Shown one piece after another: positions 9,470 through 18,476 of a stretch of 64,000 nucleotides of DNA. Numbering within the stretch: the first letter of the stretch is position 1; every line of letters starts with the position of its first letter. The translations under genes and the position numbers were made by a program. Location: the IMG/VR virus record IMGVR_UViG_3300025108_000016; one strand, 5' to 3'. The notes under the pieces are model-generated. The model ran no database searches. It was not told where the DNA came from and was given only the letters and a program-made list of their open reading frames with translations. The stretch comes from a virus.

Positions 9470-11611
9470 ATGCAAACACAAGAGATCAAAGGCAAACTTG
9501 CTAAGTTACTTGCCACTGAAAACCTTTTGGTTGAGCATCGTTCTGTGAATACAGCATCTTTCGATGTAGATAATCGTATATTGACTTTACCAAAATGGGA
9601 TAAAGCATCTAGTACAGTCTATGATCTTTTGGTGGGTCATGAAGTTGGGCATGCTTTATATACTCCTATGTGGGATGGATTTGATTGCCCTAAAGATTAT
9701 GTGAACGTGACTGAAGATGCGCGTATTGAAAAACTTATGAAGCGTCGTTATCCTGGTCTTCGCAAGTGTTTCTTCAATGGATACCGCGAACTCAATGACG
9801 ATGATTTTTTTGGTATTGCTGAAGAAAATATTGATAGTTTAAAATTGATTGATCGTATCAATCTATATTTCAAAATTGGTGTTGCTGAAGTTGTTATTCC
9901 TTTCAATGCAGAAGAAAAAATTCTGGTAGACAAAACTGCAAACACAGAGACTTTTGATGAAGCAGTAAAAGTTGCTGAAGAGATCTGGGAATATTCTAAA
10001 GAACAGCAGCAAGAGCTTGAGAACCTTGCAGATATTCCTCAGTCTGGTGGTGATGGTAGTTCTGGATCATCCGAAAGTCAAAGTGTCAATGACGAAGAAT
10101 CTGGCGAGGAAGGTGGTGAAGAAGTCATGACACACGAAGAGATGTTGGAAGAAGCACAGCGTAGAGAAAACGAGAATGGTGCTGCACCAGCAGGTGGTGA
10201 TATTTCTTCTTCTGATACTCAAAATAATTTTGACCAGCAATCACAGAGTCTTAGTAGAATTTCTTATTCAAGAAATGTTTATGTTGACATTCCTACCTTG
10301 GATGCTTCTGATTATGTTGTTGATTGGAATGTAATTCATAATTGGATTGACAATCAGAAAGAGGGTCTTGACCCAGATGGTTTTTCGTGGGTTGATTTAG
10401 AGTATAGAAAATTTAAAAAGTCTGTTCAGAAAGAAGTAAACTATCTTGTAAAAGAATTTGAATGTAAGAAAGCAGCTGCAGCATATGCCCGTCAGCAAAC
10501 CTCACGTACTGGAGTTCTCAATACCAGTATCTTACATACGTACAAACACAATGACGACTTGTTCAAGAAAGTAACAATTATTCCTGAAGGTAAAAATCAT
10601 GGTCTTCTTTTTATTCTTGATTGGTCTGGTTCCATGAACACCACGTTGCTTTCTACTTTAAAGCAACTGATGACTCTCTGTATGTTCTGTAAAAAAGTAC
10701 AGATCCCTTTTGAAGTTTATGCATTTACTAATGAGTGGATTGGTGCTGAACGTGCAATGGAAAATCAAGTCGGAAAATTTTTTCCAAAACTAATTACCGA
10801 AAGACTTATCAAAAATGAAGTCTATGTAAGCAAGCAGTACTTTCGCATGATGAATATTTTTTCATCTCGCACTAACAGCAAAAATTGGGAACGTCAATGC
10901 CTTAACATATGGCGTGAAGTATATTCACTACAATATTATGTTGGTTATCCATCAACAATTGGTATGAGTCTTTCTGGAACTCCACTCAATGAATCTATCC
11001 TTGTTATGAAGTCAATCATTCCTGGGTTTAAGAAGACTACTGGAGTCAGTAATGTTAATGTTTGTATTTTGACTGATGGAGAATCTTGTGGTTCTATGTA
11101 TGGTCACGAGTCTACATATGATGATGATAAACAAATGATTTTTGCACGACGTTTAGATTCTACTAGTGTTACTCTTCGCGATCGTAACTTGGGTTGTACA
11201 TACAACAAACTAGAGTCTTGGGACGAGCAAACAAATGTCTTCATTGAAAACTTAAAAGAGACGCATCCATCTGTTAACATAATTGGTATCCGTCTTCTTG
11301 AAGGTGGTAGTGGTCTTGCCAGTTTCTATCGCCGCTATTGCAATGATTCTGTTGATGGACTTGATAAATTGTATAGAGATTGGAAAAAAACTAAATCAGT
11401 TGTTCTTCCAAATCCTATTTCTTATGATGCTTTGTATGTTATTGCTGGTAAATCTAGTGCGCGATCGTTTACTGAATTAGATGAAGAGTCAACACTAGAT
11501 ATTGATGCTGGTTCTTCTAAAACTCAAGTACGTGCTGCTTTCAAAAAACTACTGAAGCAAAAGCAAAACAACAAAGCTATCTTGAACCACTTCATCAGTC
11601 AGATTGCATAG
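9470..11611 (+). CDS. Metallopeptidase-motif / vWA (CobT-like) protein
   Basis: HEVGH (HExxH), acidic linker, MIDAS DWSGSM, GTPL, LTDGE. Confidence 0.85.
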   Translation: MQTQEIKGKLAKLLATENLLVEHRSVNTASFDVDNRILTLPKWDKASSTVYDLLVGHEVGHALYTPMWDGFDCPKDYVNVTEDARIEKLMKRRYPGLRKCFFNGYRELNDDDFFGIAEENIDSLKLIDRINLYFKIGVAEVVIPFNAEEKILVDKTANTETFDEAVKVAEEIWEYSKEQQQELENLADIPQSGGDGSSGSSESQSVNDEESGEEGGEEVMTHEEMLEEAQRRENENGAAPAGGDISSSDTQNNFDQQSQSLSRISYSRNVYVDIPTLDASDYVVDWNVIHNWIDNQKEGLDPDGFSWVDLEYRKFKKSVQKEVNYLVKEFECKKAAAAYARQQTSRTGVLNTSILHTYKHNDDLFKKVTIIPEGKNHGLLFILDWSGSMNTTLLSTLKQLMTLCMFCKKVQIPFEVYAFTNEWIGAERAMENQVGKFFPKLITERLIKNEVYVSKQYFRMMNIFSSRTNSKNWERQCLNIWREVYSLQYYVGYPSTIGMSLSGTPLNESILVMKSIIPGFKKTTGVSNVNVCILTDGESCGSMYGHESTYDDDKQMIFARRLDSTSVTLRDRNLGCTYNKLESWDEQTNVFIENLKETHPSVNIIGIRLLEGGSGLASFYRRYCNDSVDGLDKLYRDWKKTKSVVLPNPISYDALYVIAGKSSARSFTELDEESTLDIDAGSSKTQVRAAFKKLLKQKQNNKAILNHFISQIA

Positions 11612-11616
11612 TGTCC

Positions 11617-11648
11617 ACTCTGCCCCTGACTCTGCCCCACTCTGCCCT
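11617..11648 (+). repeat. Triple ACTCTGCCC(C/T) direct repeat in the cobS promoter
   Basis: Copies at 11617, 11629 and 11639 directly before TATACT (11648-11653). Confidence 0.85.
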
Positions 11649-11674
11649 ATACTTACTCCATACGAAACAAACCG

Positions 11675-12769
11675 ATGCCTGCCAAGTCTGATTTAACCAC
11701 GTCTCAAATTACTTCTTATCTTGCCGAGACCTTTGGTTCTGACATTAATACGGATCACGTTCGTGCTGCAGCAACATATTTCTCTATATCATATCCTACT
11801 GCTGTTAAGCGTCTTCGTGATTGCCATGTCGGCCGCGGCAAATGGAACCTGACCATTGAAGAAACACGTGACCAGTTGGAAACTCAGTTTCCTGATCAGG
11901 AAGAAATGAACATCATCCCACTTAAAGATAATAGTTTTGTCCCGTTCGGTAACTTTACTGATCTGAAGAAAATTATTTCTTCTCGTCTGTTCTATCCTAC
12001 ATTCATTACTGGTATGTCTGGTAATGGTAAAACTTTCTCTGTAGAGCAAGCGTGTGCTGCTCTAGGACGTGAGTTGATTCGTGTAAACATTACAATCGAA
12101 ACTGATGAAGATGATCTTATTGGTGGTTTCCGTCTTGTCGATGGGTCAACTGTTTGGCATAACGGACCTGTCATTGAAGCACTCGAACGTGGAGCAATCC
12201 TGCTACTCGATGAAGTTGACCTTGCTTCCAACAAAATTCTATGCCTTCAGTCCATCCTTGAAGGTAAAGGTGTGTTCCTGAAGAAGACAGGTCGCTATGT
12301 GAGACCTGCTGCTGGATTCAATGTCATCGCTACCGCCAACACTAAGGGTAAGGGTTCTGATGATGGTCGCTTTATTGGTACTAACGTATTGAATGAAGCA
12401 TTCCTAGAACGTTTTGCTCTCACCTTTGAGCAAGAGTATCCCACTCCCAAAATTGAGACTAAAATTCTTGAAAAAATTGGTGCGAATATTGGGGTGACAG
12501 ATCTTGAATTCTGTGCTAAACTTGCTGACTGGGCTGACGTTATTCGCAAGACGTTTGCTGATGGTGGCGTGGATGAAATTATTTCTACTCGCCGCTTGTC
12601 TCATATCATTCGTGCCTACTCCATTTGGGGTGACCGATACAAGGCAATCAAAGTTTGTGTCAATAGATTTGATGAAGAAACAAAAACTCTCTTCCTTGAT
12701 GTCTATACCAAACTTGATGAGAAAGTAGAAATGGAGGAAAGCGATGAGAGACCATACTATGACCAGTGA
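11675..12769 (+). CDS. cobS: CobS-like MoxR AAA+ ATPase
   Basis: GMSGNGKT, LLLDEVD, TANTKGKGSDDGRF, NEAFLERF. Confidence 0.9.
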   Translation: MPAKSDLTTSQITSYLAETFGSDINTDHVRAAATYFSISYPTAVKRLRDCHVGRGKWNLTIEETRDQLETQFPDQEEMNIIPLKDNSFVPFGNFTDLKKIISSRLFYPTFITGMSGNGKTFSVEQACAALGRELIRVNITIETDEDDLIGGFRLVDGSTVWHNGPVIEALERGAILLLDEVDLASNKILCLQSILEGKGVFLKKTGRYVRPAAGFNVIATANTKGKGSDDGRFIGTNVLNEAFLERFALTFEQEYPTPKIETKILEKIGANIGVTDLEFCAKLADWADVIRKTFADGGVDEIISTRRLSHIIRAYSIWGDRYKAIKVCVNRFDEETKTLFLDVYTKLDEKVEMEESDERPYYDQ

Positions 12770-12932
12770 AAACTTTCATGGATACATTGGGCGAGTAGCA
12801 ATCCTTAAGGATTGTGACCATCGCTCTGGAAAAATAATCAAAGGTGAGGGATTTAAACTTACTATGAAATCTATTGACGGCACGATATTTGAGTGCTATC
12901 ATGACAACATCGAGTACATTTGGGGTATATGA
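12759..12932 (+). CDS. Small hypothetical protein
   Basis: Overlap-coupled ORF inside operon. Confidence 0.6.
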   Translation: MTSENFHGYIGRVAILKDCDHRSGKIIKGEGFKLTMKSIDGTIFECYHDNIEYIWGI

Positions 12933-13213
12933 ACAAATATAATGAAGACGCTCTAATCAAAGAGCTACGTGACTACATCTCTGGAACCTATGGACAACAC
13001 TATTCTGCTGGTAACGACAGCATTCAAACGCTAGATTTGATTGAAGCATGTGGAGATGCTGAGGCATTCTGCCGTAGCAACATCCTAAAGTATGCTTCTC
13101 GATATGATCGTAAAGGTACTGCCCGTCGCGACATTATCAAAATTCTACACTATGCACTTCTACTACTCCACTTTAGTGACAAGTCTGCTAACACTGAACC
13201 TTACCCTCAATGA
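12929..13213 (+). CDS. DUF3310-like protein
   Basis: HYSAG..IQTLDLI..FCRSNILKYASRY..K. Confidence 0.8.
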   Translation: MNKYNEDALIKELRDYISGTYGQHYSAGNDSIQTLDLIEACGDAEAFCRSNILKYASRYDRKGTARRDIIKILHYALLLLHFSDKSANTEPYPQ

Positions 13214-13881
13214 ATAAAGTTATTCTTTCTGAACAGACTCTTCAGGTTCTTAAAAACTATTCCACAATCAATGGTTCTATCCTTATTCGCAAGGGTAATC
13301 AACTGAAGACAATCAGCGTTGGGGAGAATGCTCTTGCACAATATTCATGTGAAGAGAGTTTTCCTCAAACGTTCGGTATCTATGATCTCAACCAGTTTCT
13401 TGCTGGGTTGACTTTATTCCAGGATCCGATCTTGGAATTCGATAACGAGAACTATGTGACTATTCGTAGTCGTGGTCGCTCTGCAAAGTATTTCTTCTCA
13501 GATCCTGAGATTACTTTGAAGTCTGCTCCCGAAAAAAATATTAAATTTCCTGGTGGAGACATCGCTTTTAATATCACATGGGAAGACATCACGTCACTAC
13601 AAAAAGCAGCAGCAGTTTACAATCTAACTGATCTTGTTTTTAAATCCGTAGACAATCAAATTAGTTTGTATCTTCGTGATTCTGAAAACGAAACTAGTAA
13701 CGATTATTGTCAAACCATTGCTGGTGATACAACTGGTGATTACGAACTGGTTCTCAAAGTGGAACACCTCCGTCTCCAACCAGGAGACTATCATGTTAAA
13801 GTGTCTGAGCATCTAGTATCCGAGTGGCGTCACACTCGCTTGGATCTTGTCTATTATATTGCATTGGAATTTGATGACTAA
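13210..13881 (+). CDS. g45: Sliding clamp gp45
   Basis: LKNYSTIN, FGIYDLNQFL, YYIALE. Confidence 0.95.
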   Translation: MNKVILSEQTLQVLKNYSTINGSILIRKGNQLKTISVGENALAQYSCEESFPQTFGIYDLNQFLAGLTLFQDPILEFDNENYVTIRSRGRSAKYFFSDPEITLKSAPEKNIKFPGGDIAFNITWEDITSLQKAAAVYNLTDLVFKSVDNQISLYLRDSENETSNDYCQTIAGDTTGDYELVLKVEHLRLQPGDYHVKVSEHLVSEWRHTRLDLVYYIALEFDD

Positions 13882-14818
13882 AAAGTTTCTATGGGTTGAG
13901 CAGTATCGTCCCCAAAAAATTGATGACTGCATTCTGCCTGACAATCTTAAGAAACCATTTCAAGGATTTGTAGAGCAGGGAGAGATCCCTAATCTGCTCC
14001 TCCTGGGGTCTGCAGGCGTTGGTAAGACCACTGTTGCTAAAGCGTTGTGTGAGGAGATTGGTGCCTCTTACATCGTCATTAACGGGTCAGACGAGGGGCG
14101 TTTCTTGGACACCGTTCGTAACCGAGTCAAGCAGTTTGCTTCCACAGTCTCCCTAACCTCAGGAGCGCCTCACAAGGTGGTCATCATCGATGAGGCAGAC
14201 AACACCACCCATGACGTGCAACTCTCCTTACGTGCCTTTGTGGAGGCGTTTCACAGCAACTGCCGTTTCATCTTTACTTGTAACTTCCAAAACAAAATCA
14301 TTGAACCACTGCACTCACGATGCACAGTTGTAGACTTTCGTATCAATAAGAGTCAGCAACAAAAGTTGCAAGCGCAGTTCTTTGGTCGCTTGAAAGAAAT
14401 CCTTGACGAGAATGAGATTGAGTATCAAGATAAGATTCTTGTTAAACTCATTGGTCGTTACTTTCCTGACTGGCGTCGTTTGATCAATGAGACTCAACGT
14501 CATTCAGCATCAGGAAAGATTAACACTGATATCTTAGTTGATATTGCAGACATCAATCTTGATTCTCTATTGGCAGCATTAAAGAATAAAGAGTTTACTA
14601 CAGTACGTAAGTGGGTCATTGAGAATATTGACAATGATCCAAACATCGTCATGCGTAAAATCTATAATCTTCTATACGAACAAATTAAACCCAAGTACAT
14701 TCCTGAAGCAGTTTTGATTCTTGCTAGGTATCAATACCAGATTGCTTTTGTTGCTGATCAGGAAGTCAATCTTCTTGCTTGCTTGACTGAAGTAATGATG
14801 GGATGTGAATTCAAATAA
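13874..14818 (+). CDS. g44: Clamp loader large subunit gp44
   Basis: LWVEQYRP, GSAGVGKT, IIDEAD, SRC. Confidence 0.96.
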   Translation: MTKKFLWVEQYRPQKIDDCILPDNLKKPFQGFVEQGEIPNLLLLGSAGVGKTTVAKALCEEIGASYIVINGSDEGRFLDTVRNRVKQFASTVSLTSGAPHKVVIIDEADNTTHDVQLSLRAFVEAFHSNCRFIFTCNFQNKIIEPLHSRCTVVDFRINKSQQQKLQAQFFGRLKEILDENEIEYQDKILVKLIGRYFPDWRRLINETQRHSASGKINTDILVDIADINLDSLLAALKNKEFTTVRKWVIENIDNDPNIVMRKIYNLLYEQIKPKYIPEAVLILARYQYQIAFVADQEVNLLACLTEVMMGCEFK

Positions 14819-14827
14819 TTTATAATT

Positions 14828-15028
14828 ATGGAAATCAGTAAAAACGATCTCATTCATCACAAAATCCAAGCAGCAATTCGCGAGAATGTTTTTCAAGATG
14901 ATGATCTTAAATACTTAGGATTCAATGAAGACAAAGGAGAGCATGAGTACAAAATCAATGGGCAACACATCGTCCTTGCATCACAAATCGAAGACTTTGA
15001 ACAAGTCGAAAGTGAAGACGACACCTGA
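14828..15028 (+). CDS. Hypothetical protein
   Basis: ORF in operon. Confidence 0.65.
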   Translation: MEISKNDLIHHKIQAAIRENVFQDDDLKYLGFNEDKGEHEYKINGQHIVLASQIEDFEQVESEDDT

Positions 15029-15188
15029 AAATGTGAAGGAAGCAAATGAAGCATTGTTTCATGCTACAATGAACCTTCCACATGCTGCAGACCATTGTGG
15101 TATGACTCAGCGTGAAATGAAAATGATCTTTCGTGAATACCTTAAATATCATGACAAAAACTTTGAAGTCACTGAAGACGCCACTTAG
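15012..15188 (+). CDS. Small hypothetical protein, possible helix-turn-helix
   Basis: MNLPHAADHCGMTQREMKMIF resembles an HTH. Confidence 0.55.
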   Translation: MKTTPENVKEANEALFHATMNLPHAADHCGMTQREMKMIFREYLKYHDKNFEVTEDAT

Positions 15189-15993
15189 ATACCCTGGTGG
15201 TAAGAGTCGTGCCTTGAGTAAACTCTTTCAGTACATCCCTAACCTCACAGAATATACTCACTATCGCGAACCATTCTTAGGTGGTGGTTCTGTCGCATTG
15301 GAAATTGGTAAGCGATACCCACACCTAGACATCTGGGTCAATGATCTTTATGATCCACTTTATAATTTCTGGCGTGTTCTTCAAGATCAAGGTGACGAAC
15401 TTTCTTCCTTGCTGAAGGATCTTAAGAACGATCATCCAGATCAAACATCAGCAAAAACTTTATTTCTAGATTCTAAGGACCAATTAAATGATGCCTCTAC
15501 GTCCGATCTACTACGTGCTGTGTGTTTTTATATTGTCAATAAGTGCTCTTTCTCTGGTCTCACTGAATCCAGTTCCTTCAGCAAGCAAGCGTCAGATAGC
15601 AATTTCTCGATGCGAGGCATTTGTAAACTCCCTGAATATTCAGGAATGATTTCTAAGTGGAAAATTACTAAACTTTCATATGAAGAACTCTTTTGCGATA
15701 GCAAGTCAACCTTCGTCTATCTCGATCCCCCCTATGAGATCGGATCTAATCTTTATGGTAAGCGAGGAAACATGCACAAAGGATTCGACCACGACAAGTT
15801 TGCTTCTGATTGTGATCGCTTTATCTCTCATCAACTTGTTAGTTACAATTCGTCGCAACTGATTCGAGACCGCTTCAAGCAGGGGTGGACAGCTGCTGAA
15901 TTTGCACACACTTACACCATGAGGAGCGTGGGGAGTTATAATACAGATCAAGCGTCTCGCAAGGAACTCGTCCTTACCAACTATGAAATGTGA
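15151..15993 (+). CDS. dam: DNA adenine methyltransferase (Dam/D12 family)
   Basis: LRYPGGKS, EPFLGGGSV, DPPY. Confidence 0.92.
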   Translation: MTKTLKSLKTPLRYPGGKSRALSKLFQYIPNLTEYTHYREPFLGGGSVALEIGKRYPHLDIWVNDLYDPLYNFWRVLQDQGDELSSLLKDLKNDHPDQTSAKTLFLDSKDQLNDASTSDLLRAVCFYIVNKCSFSGLTESSSFSKQASDSNFSMRGICKLPEYSGMISKWKITKLSYEELFCDSKSTFVYLDPPYEIGSNLYGKRGNMHKGFDHDKFASDCDRFISHQLVSYNSSQLIRDRFKQGWTAAEFAHTYTMRSVGSYNTDQASRKELVLTNYEM

Positions 15994-16123
15994 AGTCAGA
16001 CTCTACGTAGCAGGTCGCCTCTTTGCTGAGGAAGTCTATGCTCGCAACTATGAGGAAGCAAAGGAAGTTGCTCTTGCTCGCAACCCCAATGCTAAGGTAG
16101 TTGGTGTCACTGCTAAATTCTGA
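15983..16123 (+). CDS. Small hypothetical protein (46 aa)
   Basis: Hand translation MKCEVRLYVAGRLFAEEVYARNYEEAKEVALARNPNAKVVGVTAKF. Confidence 0.7.
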   Translation: MKCEVRLYVAGRLFAEEVYARNYEEAKEVALARNPNAKVVGVTAKF

Positions 16124-16323
16124 TGATACCTAAAGAATATCAGCATGGTGGTAGGGAAGTATCCCCCACCAATATTTTATTGCTTATCAGTGATCTTGAA
16201 GGTACGTATCAATATCTCAAGTGGATGGGATTTGATGAAGATATGAAAGTCCTTGAGGAAATGAAAGGACGATATTATAAATTGTATTTCAAAACAAAAA
16301 AAGAATGGAAAGTTACCAACTGA
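16123..16323 (+). CDS. Hypothetical protein
   Basis: TGATG coupling. Confidence 0.65.
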   Translation: MIPKEYQHGGREVSPTNILLLISDLEGTYQYLKWMGFDEDMKVLEEMKGRYYKLYFKTKKEWKVTN

Positions 16324-16694
16324 AAGATTATTTGTATACAATTAATCAATCTAAACATAATTTACTGAGACAAGATTCTGAAGCTGTTAAAGGTTATCCG
16401 CCATTCATTATAAACAAGTGTCTATCTGGATTTACTGATAGCATTTTATTTGCCAATGAGATGAATATCCATAATCATTTGGACAAACAGATGCAATATG
16501 ATTTTTATCTAAATAGTTTGAAGCCGAGGAAACGATTTTCTCCCTGGTTGCGTAAAGGTGAATTAGAGAACCTTGAATTGGTGAAGCAATATTATGGATA
16601 CAACCATAGTAAAGCAGTTGCCGCCCTTAGAATTCTTACTAATTCTGAACTTGAGCAGATTAAAAAATTATTAGATAAAGGCGGTAACAGATGA
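16305..16694 (+). CDS. g62: Clamp loader small subunit gp62
   Basis: YPPFIINKCLS, ANEMN, RKRFSPW; before regA. Confidence 0.93.
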   Translation: MESYQLKDYLYTINQSKHNLLRQDSEAVKGYPPFIINKCLSGFTDSILFANEMNIHNHLDKQMQYDFYLNSLKPRKRFSPWLRKGELENLELVKQYYGYNHSKAVAALRILTNSELEQIKKLLDKGGNR

Positions 16695-17110
16695 ATGAAA
16701 TTGAAATTCAGTGGCAACCATCGGATATGGTTGAGGTGTTGTTAAATGAACCAGATGATTTTCTGAAGGTTCGTGAAACACTCACTCGTATTGGTGTTGC
16801 TTCTAGACGAGATAGAAAACTATATCAGTCTTGTCATATCCTACACAAGCAAGGTAAGTATTATATTGTTCACTTTAAAGAGTTGTTTGCTCTTGATGGT
16901 AAAAATACTAACTTGTCTTTGAATGATGTGCAGCGTCGTAATCGTATTGCACAACTTCTATCGGACTGGGGACTGATTGGTATTGTTGATAAAACTCAAA
17001 TTGAAGACGTAGCAGCACTCAACCAAATTAAAGTTCTCTCCTATAAAGATAAAGGGGAGTGGACACTGGAGTCCAAATATAATATTGGTCGTAAAAAACC
17101 AGAAGCATAA
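16691..17110 (+). CDS. regA: Translational repressor RegA
   Basis: DDFLKVRETLTRIG, LYQSCHILHKQGKYYIVHFKELFALDG. Confidence 0.97.
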   Translation: MNEIEIQWQPSDMVEVLLNEPDDFLKVRETLTRIGVASRRDRKLYQSCHILHKQGKYYIVHFKELFALDGKNTNLSLNDVQRRNRIAQLLSDWGLIGIVDKTQIEDVAALNQIKVLSYKDKGEWTLESKYNIGRKKPEA

Positions 17111-17160
17111 ATAAATTTGAGACCTTTCGTGCGGTCTCTACAAAAGTCGGAAACCCTTAT

Positions 17161-17194
17161 AAAGTGATGCGGTGAACACTACATCACTTTTTTT
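17161..17194 (+). terminator. Intrinsic terminator after regA
   Basis: AAAGTGATG...CATCACTTT + T run. Confidence 0.8.
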
Positions 17195-17215
17195 GTGTCT
17201 TGATTAAATAGTGTT

Positions 17216-17266
17216 GGATGCCTTCGGGGTCCATACAAACATCTCGCTTATCTAAGGAGAACACTA
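17216..17266 (+). promoter_or_regulatory. Structured hsp20 leader, ROSE-like RNA thermometer candidate
   Basis: C(UUCG)G hairpin, then UCUCGCUUA pairing with UAAGGAGA (SD) with a bulged G. Confidence 0.55.
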
Positions 17267-17674
17267 ATGACACATACATGGGATCTATACCTACCTCATG
17301 CCGTAGGTTTAAATGATATGTTTCATCGATTAGATTCGATGACCAATCATAATAAAAACTACCCCCCGTATAATTTAATCAAACATGACGCCAGTAATTA
17401 CGAAATTCAAATTGCTCTCGCAGGATTTAAAAGAGAGGAGATTGAAGTATCTACTGAATCAAACATTCTCAAGGTTACCAGCAACACTACAAGACAGGAT
17501 CCTGAAACAGAATACTTACACAAAGGAGTCTCGCGAAGATCATTTGCGAATACTTGGCAACTCGGTGACGATGTTAGAGTTGTGGACGTGACGTTTGAGG
17601 ATGGTATGCTGGTCGTGAGTTTAGAAAAAATTATACCAGACCACATGAGACGAACGACTTACGAAGTCAAATAA
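17267..17674 (+). CDS. hsp20: Small heat shock protein
   Basis: NYPPYNL, IALAGF, YLHKGVSRRSF, DGMLVVSL. Confidence 0.95.
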   Translation: MTHTWDLYLPHAVGLNDMFHRLDSMTNHNKNYPPYNLIKHDASNYEIQIALAGFKREEIEVSTESNILKVTSNTTRQDPETEYLHKGVSRRSFANTWQLGDDVRVVDVTFEDGMLVVSLEKIIPDHMRRTTYEVK

Positions 17675-17743
17675 ATATCTGTCACAGGGGGCGGTTGCCC
17701 CCTTTGCAATTTCGTGCTATACTACTAAAAAGATTGGAGAACT

Positions 17744-18247
17744 ATGTCTGAGTCTGATAAGATTATCGTTTTTAAAAATGGCGAACGTGTCATCTGTGAA
17801 CTACAAGAAGCATTTGAAGGAGAAGGCGAGGAGCGCCGTGGCATCTGCCTCATCATGCGAAACCCTTATATTCTAGAATTGGTTCCTGCCGAGAACCCTA
17901 CTGCTGAGAATGACCTTCAAGTGAAGTTCAGCAAGTGGTGTCCTTACTCTATCGATTATCAATTCCGTGTGCCCTATGACAGCATTCTAGCAATCGGTAT
18001 TCCTGATCAAGGTCTAGATGGTGCATACCGCCAGAAGATTGCTTCTCTGGTTGCTCAACAGGATAATGAACTTCCTAAGTGGGAAGAGGGTCAAACAAAC
18101 CCTAACATGGAAGCACAACTAGCAGAGATCACTGAAGTTGTTGGTGTTGATGCTCCTACTGCTGGAGTTGCAGGAAATACTGATCAGCATCCTATTGCTA
18201 CCCCGCTTGCACAGGAGGAATCGGATGCTGAAACTCCTGAAAATTGA
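17744..18247 (+). CDS. Conserved hypothetical protein upstream of g43
   Basis: FKNGERVICEL; own promoter TTGCCC-N17-TATACT. Confidence 0.75.
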   Translation: MSESDKIIVFKNGERVICELQEAFEGEGEERRGICLIMRNPYILELVPAENPTAENDLQVKFSKWCPYSIDYQFRVPYDSILAIGIPDQGLDGAYRQKIASLVAQQDNELPKWEEGQTNPNMEAQLAEITEVVGVDAPTAGVAGNTDQHPIATPLAQEESDAETPEN

Positions 18248-18476
18248 TGGTCACTGGATCGTAGCAGAGGTTGATGAGATTCCTGATACAGAATTTGGTA
18301 ATCCAGATTGTGTTCTGAAACATGCATGTGAGATTAATGAGGATGGGGCAGTGCCCTTCCCTCCTTACAGCGAAGATAGAGAACTGGTTATTCGTTCAGA
18401 AAATATTACATTTATTGCTGAACCATCACCAATGTTCTCTTCACTATACTATGATTTAAAAGCAAAAGAGGAATGA
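18225..18476 (+). CDS. Hypothetical protein
   Basis: GNPDCVL motif; ATGA overlap with g43. Confidence 0.7.
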   Translation: MLKLLKIDGHWIVAEVDEIPDTEFGNPDCVLKHACEINEDGAVPFPPYSEDRELVIRSENITFIAEPSPMFSSLYYDLKAKEE

